A stretch of DNA of 60,094 nucleotides, the filler included, from Sphacelaria rigidula (taxonomy: Eukaryota), in assembly GCA_964200075.2 (NCBI GenBank). It is 9 parts of 9 records of this genome, joined end to end, with 100 filler letters (N's around TTAATTAATTAA, not from the genome) between each part and the next. Parts side by side here need not be neighbours in the genome. Positions count along the whole stretch, not along the records: positions 26,756 to 33,343 come from CAXNAA020019195.1; positions 33,444 to 40,031 come from CAXNAA020019196.1; positions 40,132 to 46,719 come from CAXNAA020019197.1; 6 more parts are not named here. One strand, written 5' to 3'. The position numbers and the translations under genes are program-made. Positions 26,824 to 41,184 of the stretch are shown piece by piece; position 1 is the first letter of the stretch; every line of letters begins with the position of its first letter. The notes under the pieces are model-generated. The model was not told where the DNA came from, made no database searches, and saw nothing but the letters and a program-made list of their open reading frames with translations.

Positions 26824-27715
26824 TTGGTTGTTTCCTCGGCGTATAGCCGACGTGGGATTCGTGTGGCTGGTGATGAGTGGTGAAGGTATTTGCAGTGCAG
26901 CACTTGCATGAAAGGCGTATTCCTGGAGCATCCAGTGCGTGGCTCGCAACGGTTGGTGTATTGAGATCAAATCGGGTCTGAAGGTGCTGAAAGAAGACAT
27001 ATACAAGTGGGGACTGATGTCGAAAATCGCAAGATGTGGGAAAGGGACGACGTCGAGCATTGTGTAGAACGGCCAGCGTTCGGGTGTACCCGTGGATGGA
27101 GTCGAGGCACAAAAACGTGGGGGGAAAATCGAAGACGCTTCCGTCGGTTGAGGTGAAGAGGGAATTAAGGTGTAAGGAAAAAACACAAGTTGTAGCAGTT
27201 GCGAGTTGGTCTAGACTGGAACGTGCAAAAAAATGGTGCAGCAGTTACTGCATCTGAATGATTGTGTGGTCGAAAACATTATACATGCATGCATGCACTC
27301 ATACACGCATGCGTTGTGAACATGCTTGAAGATTGCCATATACCGCAGTAAGCTCGCCTTTTTATCGTAGGGTGTGCAACATGCCGGGTACTGACTTCAA
27401 AGTTGAGCGAAAATGGACGGGAACGCCGGCTGCAGTAGCTGCTGCATCGGCGTTGCATATCTGCATGCATACGCACAGTCGAATGTGAATCACACATGTA
27501 CTCACTCACAAACACACACCACTTGCACACACCGAGACGCACATGTACGTTTTACTTCGTAGCTGCAGCAGTACCCCTGTTCCCTCCCCGCTACCGCAGG
27601 ATCACCCCCGGCCCATACTTCACAGGTGGTTGCTCCTATGTCTGCTGTGACTGTGACTGGACGTGCCTGCGCGCGCGTGTGTGATCGTAATGCCCTGCTT
27701 TGGACGTCCGCGTAG

Positions 27716-27857
27716 GTGAAAGCTTTCGAAAGGCGATGTCGGCAAGTGTACGGATCGAGGGCCCCCGAATCGCGCGCGAAAAAGAAAAGAGCGGCGGTTT
27801 GCTCCACCGCCGGGGGCGGCGGAGCTTCATCGCCAACGGTGGGATTTGCATTCCCAG
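27716..27857 (+). CDS. EF-hand (NCS/calcineurin-B-like) protein, internal exon A
   Basis: Acceptor CGTAG|, donor CCAG|GTGAAA at phase 1, which joins 29419 in frame (G+TG = Val). A 26-nt exon at 27600-27625 may precede it. Confidence 0.55.
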
Positions 27858-29418
27858 GTGAAATGCCCTTTCTGGCTTCCTGTTTTCCTGTTTTCCAGTG
27901 TATGTTCAGAGCCCACAACGGTGGGATTCGCGTCCCCCGGTGAGACTTTTTTGTCTTTTTGTTTTGGCGACATTGATCGTAGGCCGGTGTTTCCTTCTTT
28001 TTTTTTTGTCATCGTTTCGTGTACTTTGCTTGTCGTTGCTTCCCTGTGCTGCTCTTATTTATTTCCATTCGCGTCGTTTTTGGCAATTCCTTTGAGGGGA
28101 GTGCTTCCGTTTGTTTTACCTTGGATTCGCTTATCTTCTTGCAAAGGGTGGATTCGGAGCGGGTCAGTTCATGTAGATCAATCAATTGATCGATCGATCA
28201 ATAAATCGGAACTGCCTTGTTTGTGGCTTGGGCTCAATGTGAACGCCGCACAGACGGGTACGGAGTATAAAATACCCGGGGCGGTGATGAATGAACCTAC
28301 CCTCGATTTCTGAATATTAGTGATGAATAATGATGATGATCGTAACACAAGGCCCCGCGCTCCCATCTATAGATCGCGTTTACAGAAATTTCTTGGCGAG
28401 ATGTTTCTCTGGCAACACCAACTTTTGGCGCCCAGGCGTAACCGCTGCAGTGTACGACAAAATCCAGGTCCGGTCCCTGATCGCTCCGGTTGGTACTCTC
28501 TGTAGCCTGGGGTATGTTCAGGTTTGATGGAGGATGATACAGGACGCGTTGTAGCGTTTTACGCCTCACAGCTGGCGGGATCCCTCTGCAATGTTTGTAT
28601 TTCGCCAAAATGGAGAAGCGCACTATCTTGTTTCTTGCAGTTTGGGAGTCGGGTGGGTACTTGAAGTAGACAATATTTTACTGGTAGCCGTTATTTTCCG
28701 TGTGCTGGGTGTGGTTGCGCCCCTTCTATTGCATACAGCATGATGAAATGCAAGTGAGAGATCGATAACTACGGTGGGCATTCAGGCATCATTGTTGCAG
28801 TTAGATCCTCATCGTGGGTGCGGTATATCACGCAGTGCAACACCCACACGCTAGGTACCCCACAATCCCCTTGAAAATCGCTAGGTAATGCATTTCCGGC
28901 GCTCTTGTACCCCGTACCAGCACCTACTACTGTATCGGGTATGTTGAATACCACCCCCTGAATGATATCCCCGGGTGATGACCTTTTGGGCCACCAACTT
29001 CATCTCCCGTTGGTGTTGATTTATGTCGCATACGCTACATCTGGTTACGCTGTGTACCATCCCCTCAATTACAACCCGGGGTGTTGACTTTCCGCAGTCC
29101 ACTCATGCATCACACGAAGATGCTCTATGTGCGTCGCATGCGGTATGACAAATGAGCCTCCATCGTGTGTTATGTGTGCCTCCTCGGATTCGGGAGGAGG
29201 GCGGCGGTTGAATACTTCGAGCCTTCTCTTGCTTGATTGCGGCTGTGCATGCTTTCAGTCAAGGGTGCTGTGGTGATGGCAAACTTGTAGTTTTCTGTTT
29301 TTACAGTATAATTGTACCGCCTATCTTTGTGAACGCGCTTCGGATAGTTACGTACACGCTTGTGACAAAGATGTTTTTTTTCGTCGCCTTGGCCTCGTGT
29401 GTGTGTATTTGTGTTCAG

Positions 29419-29632
29419 TGAAGGACGCCCTGGCTGTGGAGTCGGACATACGTGTGGTGCACGACGCTTGCCAACAGCAGTTTGACGCTTCGAGAGGGAA
29501 AGGAACGGAAGCCGACGGCTTATCCGTGGAGCAATTTCAGGCCGCTTGCGAACACCTGGCGAACGTGAAAGGCTTCGAAAATTTCAGGGAGTTGGCCGAG
29601 GATAAGGGACTAGCGGCTGCCGTATACTCCAG
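29419..29632 (+). CDS. EF-hand (NCS/calcineurin-B-like) protein, internal exon B
   Basis: Acceptor TTCAG|, encodes ...QQQFDASRGKGTEADGLSVEQFQAACEHL (degenerate EF-hand-like). Donor AG|GTCAAT at phase 2 joins 31381 in frame. Confidence 0.68.
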
Positions 29633-30470
29633 GTCAATGCATGTCATTTGCATACGTATACGTACGTCTGAATGCTATAGATGCTGGTGAATCTTTGCTG
29701 AGTACAGTGTGTACTCGTGCAAGGTTTGCGGGGAGGTATTCGGTACTCTCTCCGTGCAAAATTGACGACACGGTGGAATCATGTGCAGCGTCAGCAGTTT
29801 CAAGAAAACCGTCCCATTTCGAATACTACACCAAATGTAGTAACTTCGCGAGGGACGCCCGATTGGAGTCGTTTCGTAGTTTCTGTGCTCTTGGTGCAGT
29901 CAGTGTGGCGCACACAACACCGCAGCGGAAAATGTTGACGTTCTCATGCCGCGCAAAACTTCCGTGGGCAACTAAGTCTCACCCGTAACTTGGAATTTTG
30001 GGAATTCATTATCGCCAACGTGTGTTGCCATAGCTTGTGAACTTATCATCTTCAATTCGTCTGCTAACAAATCGCAGCGCTTGTGGGGGCGTGGGCAATG
30101 TCCCGATGTTTTTTTTCCGCGCGGTGAAATCTTCAAGGATAGCCCTGGAAATTAAATATCAATTTCCGGGGGTTTTCGTCCCGTCTCGGTAGATTTTTTG
30201 TTTCTATCTGTTCTGTACAGATACCGTGGGCCACCTTCAAGCAGAAAGAACCGGGTTGAAATCACGCGCACAGATGGTTTGATTCCTTATGCGCAAGGCA
30301 ACGAGAACCCGCGGTGTGTGTTCGTCTTTTCTAAGCCTGGCAGAGAAAACTGGCTCAATTTGCTCTTCTTCTACCCATCCTCAGATCTGATCAGTAAAGT
30401 ACCTGCTTCCGATGTAACTCAATCTTCGATAGGAAGAATCGATTTGATGAACATGATCACTTCCTCCCCC

Positions 30471-30503
<33 letters not shown>

Positions 30504-31380
30504 GGAAGGAAAGGCCCCCCCCCTTCGCAGGGACCACCCCNNNNNNNNNNCCGGTTTAACACAATCTCCAGAAGAAAAAAGCGATTTGTGAAACTGTGTC
30601 CCTTTCCCCCCCCCGGGGGGGGGGGGGGGGGGGGGGCGGGGCAACGAATGAGTACGCCCCCCGATCTACTGGAGCACCCCCGTGCCGAAAGCTCTCGTGT
30701 TTTGATCATATCATAGCAATGTTGCATCACAGCCCCACTCGGGGTCAACCGTTTTCCGGTTTTGTAGAATCATCTCCATCAGGCAAGTGAGCTCGAGCCC
30801 CATTTTGTTCTCACTTTCGCCCATCACCCTTTTCTTCTATCCTTATCCCTTTGAATGCAGATTTTCGTTGTGACGGTGAGCCATAATCCAGAAATCGATA
30901 TGTGGTCTATGACCTTTGCCCATACATGCCCCCAATTGTTGATGAACAAATTGTATGTGTTTGTGTTTCCCCCTCCATGTGGTTGGGCTACATTCCTCTC
31001 TCGCGCGTTTCATACTGTATACCGTACTCTTTCAAGCACATGGAATGGCGTGTATCGAGGTCCCCGATCCGTGGGGCAAGCCTTGCCTGTGGTCTGATGA
31101 AAGTCGAGGCGAACCCGCATGTGTAAAGGTGCTTGTCCATGCTTGCAAGAGTTCAATCGGTGGTGATGCACAGTGAGGGGGCAGACCACTCCTTCAATGA
31201 TTCGTCCTACGGAACTGCACGCTGCTGATGTGGACCTCTCACAACACAGGCGACTGGGTTAAAGCAGTAGATATCGCTCGCAAACACACTGTCCGGGGGG
31301 ACACCGGAATTAGTCAGGACAGCTAAGCGTAACTCCGGCTCCACCCCCTCTCTTCGCCCACCCCCCTCCAACAAAAAAAG

Positions 31381-31600
31381 CTTGAAGTACCTCCTGCGGC
31401 GACGATTAAGCCGGGGTCTCACGAGCCTCAGAGGGAAGGCGGGCGACGAAGCGAAGGCGTGCTTAGCCAACGCGACCAGGGGAGTGCCCGCCGGAGGCCT
31501 CTTGGATTTTTCCATCTCGGTGTACATGATGGTGCAGGCCTCGCCCGAGGACCGAGCGCTGTACATCTTTTCCATTTTGGACACGGACGGCAACAAGCAG
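31381..31600 (+). CDS. EF-hand (NCS/calcineurin-B-like) protein, internal exon C
   Basis: LLDFSISVYMMVQASPEDRALYIFSILDTDGNKQ resembles the NCS/CBL segment leading into EF-hand 3 (DxDGN loop). GC3-rich codons and a CAG|GTGAGG donor. Confidence 0.75.
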
Positions 31601-33443
31601 GTGAGGTAACGGTCGTGATCGGGATGGGGGTTGACGGGTGTCAGGAGGTATCCAGCGTTTCGGGGGGGATGGGGGGGTGATTGCATATGTGTAAATAGAG
31701 ACCCCCATGTACAGCTGGGGTACAGTAGTGCGTATATATACATGGCGGTAGGGTCCAAGTGCAAGAATCAAGTCCTACTAACTGCGGTTGTGATAAATAG
31801 GTTATTCTGTAGGTTGCATTGTTCAGCGACGACGGTGCGCGTCGCTGCTAGTGCCCCTATGGGCAAAAGTAGCACATGTCGGGAACCTGAACCCGAATTC
31901 AGACGGCCCTCTACGCGGAGCGATCCGGAAGTGCATTAGGGTTCTCGCTGGGATTGGTGGCACAAGAGACGTGAAAACGTGAGAGCAAAAGTCAAGTCGG
32001 ACGCGCGTGCCATGAGTTTCAGCACGTTCACGACCTGCGATAATAGCTTTTCGTGTCGAAACCCGCAATACGCACGTACCCCATCCCTGGACCTCTTTCG
32101 TGAACCCAAAAGTAGCATTTTCCTCGGGGTGCAATCCGTATCCACTATTTGTCCCTGTATTCCCAACGCAAGACCCAATCATTGACCCCGAACCTGTGAG
32201 CGGGACCCACGAATCAGATGGGTGCTTCACGCTCTAGCACTACCCAGTACTGTGGGTGCACGGGCAATAGTATTGCACTCTCTTGGGGTTCACGGGACGT
32301 ACGTGTGTTCCGTCTCGTGGATTGGGTTAGAACTTGTCTTGCTATCGGGCAAGAGGGGACGTGAAGGTGTGGCATAGTGGGGCTGGGGACGCCGTCGATC
32401 CCGTAAGGAGTATGTGACAACTTTGGAATCCCAAACTGAGGTGAGTGATGACGGTTCAAGATGAGCAAGTCTTGGACCTTGTGTGTGGGCGTGCCTGGTA
32501 TCAGGAACGGTAGTAGTCAGTCGTGAACCGATTTTTTTGCACTTCGACTTCGAAGATTTTGAGAACGTCATTACTACTGGAAGCTCCGCGTTGTTGGAGA
32601 AGAATCAAGTCGCAAACGCCCGTGGTAGCGTACATAATGCTCTGACTCAAGAGGCTAGTTCTGGGGCATCCGTTGTCAACACGGTCACGCTCAAAACCTT
32701 CCTGTTTCCTTGACTTTCTTCGGCGAGTGTCACCACCTTGTTTTTTTTTATCTCGGTTGCGTAATCATGTGACCGCGGCTGGATCCGATCCCTGTGGGGT
32801 TATCGAAGTGCGACCACCAATCGATCAATCAAGCAAGCAAGCAACTAGAGTTTGGTGTTTCACCGGTGTGGCCGATGCGAAGAGGTGATGAGTCCTCGAC
32901 GACACACTCATGGTGGTTACTCATTCCTAAGGGATAGTATCCACACCTGGACGTATCGTGTAACCCACGAACACACTGTGCTGCACGAGCCATGTCCCAA
33001 TAAGTCCGTGTCTGAACAGTACGACGATTTGAGTGTTAACGCAGTAGATCGATTTGGTGAGGTTCTGCGGCTCAATGATGGGACGAGCAACAGTTGTCCA
33101 TCGGGAGAAAAAGAAAGCAACGCAGAAAAACCTTGGTATGCAGCAGAATGAACTATTAATAACTGAGCTTGAGTTGCCCGTGGATATGAACTAGTACCCT
33201 CTGATAAAGAGGATACCTTTTTGCACACCATTTCACCTCACCATCCATGATGCCAAAAACGTTCTCAAGCGAGTGATGCCGATGCCACATGCCCCCCCCC
33301 CCTGCCCCTGTTAGCCTGGGCCGGCGAGAACCCGGCGTGCTCCNNNNNNNNNNNNNNNNNNNNNNNNNNNNNNNNNNNNNNNNNNNNTTAATTAATTAAN
33401 NNNNNNNNNNNNNNNNNNNNNNNNNNNNNNNNNNNNNNNNNNN

Positions 33444-34157
33444 CTCATCGAATCTTTCATCAACACGAAAACAACTCTTCACGCCTAGATGAGGGTGGTA
33501 AGCCGGGGATTCCTCGTTCATACTTACATGGGCGGATCCATTGCCCGTGGATCCTCGGAGAGGGCCTGATGCAATCCCTACACCGAGTGGTGACCGGACC
33601 CTCCCTGTTCCGGCACCGGCGACGGTGTGCCTTCCGTCGCCTGCCTCCCCCTCCTCGTCCACTGCCGCTCCGGGGCCAGTGGACGATGTCCCGCGCACTA
33701 ACTGGGACACCATCATCGTCTTCAGCTCCGCCAGCTGCTCGGTGATATCCGTCACCGATCCTTGCAAGCTGGCGACATTCTCTTTCACCTCCAGCATCTC
33801 CGTTGGAGACGATGTGTCTCCCACGACAGCCGAGTGTCTTTCCGCAGTGCTCCAGTCCGCCATCGGTCCCTTGGCCACAGAGCTCCCAAGTTGGATAGGG
33901 TTTGGGCTCTAGAGTGTTTGTAGCTTCGTGACCCCGTGAGAGGATGGGGTACAGACTCGACTCAGATAGTCGATCAATGGACACGACTGCGATAGTCGAT
34001 CAATGGACACGGCTGACCGCCGATCAAGATGAGGTAGAAATGTATATAAAGCTTTGTTGATGAAGAGGGAAGGAAAGGGGAGTGACTCCAGTAGGCACCA
34101 AAGTCTCAGGATGTGACAAGCACCACTCACGTATGTCCAGTCACGAACATCACAACA
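33444..34157 (-). mobile_element. Probable LTR retrotransposon 5' end (LTR-like ~33914-34157 plus gag-like N-terminus), cut by contig end
   Basis: Open frame MADWSTAERH...VASLQGSVTDITEQLAELKTMMVSQL (short coiled coil) downstream of a TG...CA-bounded segment. No clean PBS seen. Confidence 0.4.
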
Positions 34158-36494
34158 TAAAGTCATCCTGCATAGTACCCGGAACTCAAACAGGTATGTT
34201 GTACCTTACCCTGACTTGGTGTATCTTACTCAACACTGCAGGCCATCCTACGAACACGCCACTCCCTCAATAAAAACGTGTCAACGAGTGTTTCCCATGT
34301 ATACTGTGCGTGCTAACATGTGCCACAAGATGTCGAACCTTATTTTTGCTTTGTCCATATAAACAATGTGAGGGGAAACACTGTATATTGTAGTGAACGG
34401 TAGGGGGTGGGGGGGAACTAGTCTGGAGTCTGGAAGCTGCCATAGATGCCACGAGTAAAACTACTTTGGAAGAAAAAAAACGACAAAAAAGTCGAAAGAC
34501 CGCAGAAGCGCGGGTTCACTGATCGACAATGAATGGAACTCATCCTTTTGACCGCGAGGGAAAGTCACCTACTGAAAAGGTATCAATATTCACTTGAAAA
34601 AAAGTATGCATGATCCAGATGAACTACCCGCACCGCGGTCCAAGGGCCAAGGCACCGATCGGGCGGGAAAACATAGAGTGTATGCCATGAAACTAGGATT
34701 CATCCAAAGGGGAGGGTGGGAGTGAGTACGGCGAACAAAAATAATACGGAGTACAGTACATACATGGCATGTCCAATAGCTGAGCAATGTTACGGTAGGG
34801 GTACACTTTTTTCGCGAAATATTGTCTAGTTCATGGGCTCCCAACGATTGATTCTAGATGCACAAGAAGATGGGTCAGGGCATCCCCGTTTGCAAATTTA
34901 TTCGGGATATCCCCAGCACATTGGAGTAGTAATAATCCTGGCGTACTTTTACATATTTTCATAAGTGGTGTTTTGCATGAGAACAAGGGCTCCTAACAAT
35001 TATAACCTCGGAAAACATTTGTGCACCCCTACAGTAGCATCACTCAGCTACACAGCACATAGCAACCGTTTACTGGCCACGCACGCACTGCAAGATGACT
35101 TCTACGAGCTAAGCCGGCCTAGACGCGGATTTGAGCTCTTAATATCTCATCGACACAGACGAGTTGGGCCATGATCTGCATATCGTTTTAATCGTCCGAT
35201 CATGGGAAAAATGCCCATATGCTCATGAGTCTGGACCATTTTTTCTCGTTGATTGAATCCCATGTCTAGTAATTCTTATACCGTACGGAAATAGCGTCAA
35301 TACTCAAGTCTATATGGAACCCCGAACGATATATACAGCGGATGATGACGATTTTTTGTGTGGACATTCCCTGGCGAACGGGGAAACGATCAATACCTCC
35401 ACTTTTGCCTAATTCGCTATCTGTCTCGAGATATGGCACACATATTTTTCTATTCCAAAATCAATACACTTCGAGCAGAGGCACTTCATGCACTAAATAT
35501 GGATATTACGTCTCAGTTTTTGAGAGTTGTGCTCCGAAATTCTGTTTGGAGAATCGCTACTGCATAATAAAGAAAAAACCATCGTTTTTCGATTTTTTTT
35601 TTTTCATAATTTGTTGTTTCTTTCAGGGGATTTTTGAGGGAAAATGATCAATGCTCTCGGATCTGATCTTAGTTTTTCAGCTCAAATTCAACATTTGAGA
35701 TTTGAAATTTATTACGGAGGATTGCAAAGGCATGCCGAAGAAAGAAAAAATGGACCCTTTCTTTTTGTTTCGTTTTCGAGAGGTACGGCCCTTCTCGTAA
35801 AAATATGGTCGTCACTATATACTAGAGTGTCCTAAGCAAGTGAACATATATATATATATTATATATATATATATATATCAACCTTTCCCACCTCTTTTGG
35901 TCGGTTATGACCTAGCGATTCCCACACGAAGGTTCAAGGCACAAGTACCAAACCTCGGCCGGTAAATGGCCTGGAAAATACTGTTCCGGATTTCGCCCGG
36001 CCCGGTTTTTAAACCGTTCCGTCTGCCCTCAATTTTGCGAGCTAAACTTCGAAATTTGATACGGAGAAAGAATAGGGTGTGTTAAAACGCTGTCGTGCGG
36101 GACGCAAAGTTTTTTTTTTTTGTGAGTCAGCGGTGTTTTCCTGATTTCTACATACTGATATTGCTCTCAAGTCACGAGAAAAAAAAACTTGCGTCCCAAA
36201 CGACAGCGTGTTAGAATGCCCTATTCTCCCTCCCCACCAAATTTCGAAGTCTAACTCGCAAAATCGAGGTGAGACGGGGTCTGCCAAGCACAAATTCGCG
36301 TCTTGGCCGGCCCAGCCTGTACTCGTACATGAAGGGAGACATCAATGACCGACAGGTGCCTTGATCACTCCACTCCGGTCGCCCAGCGCGTGCCGTGCAT
36401 GGGAGCGTGACCACAAAAACCCGTGCCTCTCCCTGCCCGCCAGTGATCGAAAAGCAGGGGCCAGTAACACATGCGTATCCCCGCCCCCCTCCCC

Positions 36495-36763
36495 TCAAAG
36501 AGGAAATGTGTGAAGTAAACGAATGTGGCATGAAATCGTATGGCACATCCGATAGTAGCGAGGGAACGAGCGTTACACTAGGAGATAGTTGATGGCCACA
36601 GACGGCGACACAGGAAGGGGATGAGATCGTGAAAGTTTTTTTTGTTCAATATATGGAAAAAACGGCGTGGACACCCAAATGCTTGACGTGTCTCTATTAG
36701 GAATGAGTAGTAACGGCCCTTCGTCTCAAAAATAATCCGTGGTCAATGGGTAAATGAGTACGC
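36495..36763 (+). mobile_element. LINE 3' end, degenerate copy
   Basis: EEMCEVNECGMKSYGTSDSSE matches copy 1. Ends ATGAGTACGC and has C runs on both flanks. Confidence 0.75.
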
Positions 36764-38984
36764 CTCCCCGCTATCCTCCCCCCCCCGAACAACCCTCCAT
36801 CTTCCCCGGGATAAATAGCTCCTCACTGTAATGCTCGCGAAAGGAATAGTGAACACTCCTTGAAATTGTCGCTTCAACACTGGAGCAGCATGATGTACGT
36901 GCCCTCGGCAGGCAAGAGTATTCGATTGCCCGTGGAAAGAAGAGTACGGCAGTGCTTTGCCATCGCACAACGAGAACCATGCCCTCACAAAAGAACGGCA
37001 TGCTTGTTTTCTAGCGACTAGATTTTCGGACACAACTACTCGTAGAGGGAGGCCTCTCTTCTCAACCCCTGTTGTGCATTCGATGCGCCTTCTTTGAGAT
37101 TCGGCGTACGTATGCCCCTCCTGCACAGCGTAACCCCAGCAACTTTTGGTTTCCTGCCGAAACATGAGTCCGCTCACTCGGAACCGCGGTCATGGAGAAC
37201 CCCGTCTGAATAGCAAGTGCTGTTATGTCAGAGCGAAGCACTTCAACATATTTCAACCGCGCGTGGAAACGCACGCACTTATTCTTCGATGCACACCGAA
37301 CGATGACGACAAAAAATACAATCAAAAGATCACATTACATCTGAAAATAGTATCACAAAAACGGTCTCGTCCATGACTTGATGGCTCTCGTCGCAACCAC
37401 CAGAGGAATTATCTGTGCCGAAAAAGAGGCGCATCTCCAGGAACAAAAGTTGTCGCCCGCCCCCCTCCCCACTTCCCCCCACTTGAGCTACCGTGAGCAG
37501 CAAGAGGGAGGAGAACCCAACCATCAGAAATCGCTCTACTGCGACAGTGCTCTGTTTTCTTGAGGATGCATTGGCTCTACCGTGAGAGTCCCGCCACCCC
37601 GGCGCGTCCGACCCCTCTCAGATTGTCACATTCCCTTTGGCGGACGAGTGGCGATAGTGGCGTCTCCTTTGATGATCGACTGGCAAGATAGGCGGTGAGT
37701 CTTTGGTCGTCCCTGCAAACGACAAAACGGCGGTGCGCGAGGAAACGCGAACACATGCATGCCGCAGGTCAGGGCAAACGCCCAAAATGTATTCCATCAG
37801 CGAATGGCGTTCGCAGCATCTATCCAATAGTCGCACACATAGTATCATACTGACCGCCACGGACAACTGAAGAGGGTGGGTGACGTAGCCGGAGTTTTGT
37901 TAAGGGCCATGAGGGTCACGCTGACGGCGAAACTGTACCTCGACTAAATCAGTGGCCTCTAAATTATGCTGAAATTAAATATACGAGTTTCCAACCCGAT
38001 TGTTTTACCCGTTCTACACATGCGTCAAGTCGTAGTATTGTAATCGCCATCAGCTTGCGAATCTGATGGGGAAAAAAACAGGTTCGAAAACGGTTACTAT
38101 GGGATCGAAATTATTACACCCCAAACCGTAATATATCTATGATGTAGGGTTTCGACGTCGTTGGACTTCCACTCATAATATGCACCGAAGGCCCAGAAAG
38201 CCCTCCGGACGATTCCCCTCATAATTGTCGTAAAAGAGCTTAGATCGCTCCCAAACTTGGCAGACAGGTGGGTGCTGGTGCTCCAAATGGGAAAAATATC
38301 TACTGTCGAACAATATTTCGAAGCTCCTCCGCTCTCTACGGTACCGGATCCCGGGGGGTCCAGGCGTGGAGACCCCCGGAAGTCGGCAAATAATGCCTTG
38401 AAGCAAAAAACAAACAAACAAGTCGTCCCGGGGTAGTCCAAGAAACATTTGTACGTCGTTACTTTGCGACAATCGATAAACTGATGCAAGGGGGTCGTTC
38501 TCGCGTCGAAAAAGGGGTGACATACTAAATTCAACTTTGGTTGTACCGGGAGGGTATATATCATCACACTCATCCGCAAAACCTCACGCCGGTTCTTGGA
38601 CTCTGAAACTATGCACGCATGTACGTTAGGTCACCACTAAAATTTTCCAGGACGGGGTTTGTTGGCTTCTCTTTTCACCGGTTATCGAGGGGCCCAGAAC
38701 GGCAAGCGATCCCTCCAAACCTCCTAAAACTCTGGGACCCCCGATAACCGGCGAAAATGAATGAATCGAAGAACACTGCCCTTTGGCAAAAAATCGTCTT
38801 GACCTTCCAAAGTACATGTGTGCATGTTTTCAGAGTCCAACTCCAAAAACCGGCGTAAGGTTTGGCGGATAAGTGCATTTGGGGTGTGTACCCTGAACCA
38901 GCGCGTATAGGGTCACGATCCACGAATACGGCCAGGACAAGAAAAAAAATCATGCTGTGATAGATAGCGCGTGGCGGGAATGAG

Positions 38985-39127
38985 GGGGGCGGCAGGTACT
39001 CATGATCTTGCATGCCATAATCATCAGACAACTGACTTTTCATCCCTGAAAGACAGGGACGGAGCATGCCGGGTTTTCGCCGGACCAGGCTCGCAATCAA
39101 TCACCAAGCGCGAAGCGCCGTGATGTC
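38985..39127 (-). mobile_element. SINE-like element 3' fragment (others at 39964-40031 and 40833-40920, minus)
   Basis: Reverse complement of 57320-57462 (CACGGCGCTTCGCGCTTGGTGATTGATTGCG...ATCATGAGTAC + C run). Confidence 0.7.
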
Positions 39128-40375
39128 TTTGGCACCCAGATTTCTTTTTTCAGGGGCTCCTCGAGATGGGAGCTACACAATAATATAGGGTCAGGACATT
39201 GCTATATACCCATTCGGGTTTATCGCAAGCGCATTGCAACGCTAATCGTGGCGTGCTGTCAAGAATTTCATAAGTCGTGTTTCGAATGAGTGAGATCGAG
39301 GGCTCCGAACAATTCAAACCTCATGAGACACGTGTGCACCCCTACCATAGCATCACTCACTTTTCGACGCGAACCGAACAAAAAATAGACACGCGCGCGC
39401 GCATGAACCGACACACTCACAACACGGCCGAATTTGAATGAAAACACTCAACACGTTCTTGACCCGACAGCCAAACCAAAAAAGAACTCGAGAGAGATAA
39501 GGAAGACGTCACGTGAACATTAACAATTTGACTATTATTGTCGGGCATGTTTTAGCCTGTCACACAACAACCAACATGGGGACCACCACGTCAAGGCGAG
39601 CGCTCGTCATGAGGACAGGTGGTGGCGGTCGAGCAAGAAAAAAACGACACGTGACGTACGACACGGAAGCAGACAGGAGCGACAACTGCAACAAACCAGA
39701 GCGACATCTACAGTGCGCTCTTGATATGTTTTCGGACAAAGAATGATGTCGCGATAGCCCCCCCCAGAAAAGTGTCTGGCTCGAGGAGGCAAAATCTAGG
39801 TGTAAGTCAAAATGATGATAGCCGAGCACACCGAGCAGCCGGGAACTCGCACGCTTGGCATCATGTTCGCCAATGCTGTCCATATTAGACGCTTCATGCA
39901 GGCTGCAGCCAGATATCATGCGTTGTATTGCCATTTTCTTCGTGCCGATTTGGGGTCTGGCTTGGGGGTGTACTCATGATCATGCATGCCGTAGTCATCA
40001 GACCACTGACCTCGCATCCCTACAAGGCCGGNNNNNNNNNNNNNNNNNNNNNNNNNNNNNNNNNNNNNNNNNNNNTTAATTAATTAANNNNNNNNNNNNN
40101 NNNNNNNNNNNNNNNNNNNNNNNNNNNNNNNAGTGTATCTTAATTGGCACAGGGGGCATTTTGGCCGATTTTTTTACGTCAATACAGCCATACTTCATAG
40201 CTACTCCTGCAGCTTGGTTTGATCATTTTTCAATTTTGAAAAGCTCGGGTGATAGAGCATCAAATTATCTCTCTTTTGATACCCTGGGCGTTGTTTGACG
40301 TGCCATGGGTCTTAAGATATAGAGTTTTCCCCGCCAGGTGCCTTAAGCGTATCTTAATTGGTACATTTCCCTCGA

Positions 40376-40695
40376 GTAGGTGTAATAAGAAGGAGGGTCA
40401 GCTTCTCTATTTCATGTCTATGTCCGGGCTGTGTTACAGTGGGTCAAAGGAAAATGAGGGTTAGCTTCCCTATTTCATTTCTATGTCCGGGCTGTGTTAT
40501 AGTAGGTCAAAGAAAAAGGAGGGTTAGTTTCCCTATTTCATGTCTTTGTCCGGGCTGTGTTATGGTAGGTTAAATAAAAAGGAGGGGTTAGCTTCCCTAT
40601 TTCATGTCCATATCCGCGCTGGGCTATTGTAGGTGTAATAAAAAGGCGGGTCAGCTTCTCTATTTCATGTCTATGTCCGGGCTGTGTTATAGTAG
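40376..40695. repeat. Minisatellite, about 5 copies of a ~63-bp unit
   Basis: Unit core GAGGGT[CT]AGCTTC[CT]CTATTTCATGTCTATGTCCGGGCTGTGTTA repeated in tandem. Confidence 0.9.
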
Positions 40696-40800
40696 GGGGG
40701 GTGGAGTACCATTTTTGCTCGCCTTAGTCGTTTGACAAGTGACAACGCATCCCTTTCGAGACGGAGCACAGTTCCTACTCCCAATAGAGACACCTTCAAG
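40693..40800 (-). mobile_element. LINE 3' tail fragment
   Basis: Reverse complement of the tail GGTGTCTCTATT...AGTAGGAACTGTGCTCCGTCTCGAAAGGGATGCG, ending at a G7 run. Confidence 0.7.
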
Positions 40801-41145
40801 ATTCCGATTCTCATATTACACAAGAAACAAGAGGAGGGTGTACTCATGATCATGCATGCCATAGTCATAAGACCATTGACCTCGCATCCCTACAAAGCCG
40901 GGACGGAGCACGCCGGGTTTTGTAACACACTCGCGCTTCGTTTGTGTTTGGGTAAACGGTGTCGACCAGTATGAGTGGAAGTGTACAGGCAACAAGCTCG
41001 TGCGAACAACTGTTCACTGCTGCTTTCAACGACGCTTCCAAGTGGAACTGCGTTCAATAAGTGGCTCAACCCCCCCCCCCCCCCTTCCCTCCTCTCCTCT
41101 GTCGCAGCATGACTCCAAAATATTATTGGCAATAGTGATACTGGC

Positions 41146-41184
<39 letters not shown>

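Noticed and set aside
30466..30640. Duplicated C-run/G-run palindromes around a 10-N gap
   Set aside because: Likely low-quality read ends at homopolymers, so the sequence is unreliable.
40376..40695. CRISPR-like regular repeats (also 52530-53097)
   Set aside because: Units are contiguous tandem copies without unique spacers, there are no cas genes, and the context is eukaryotic.
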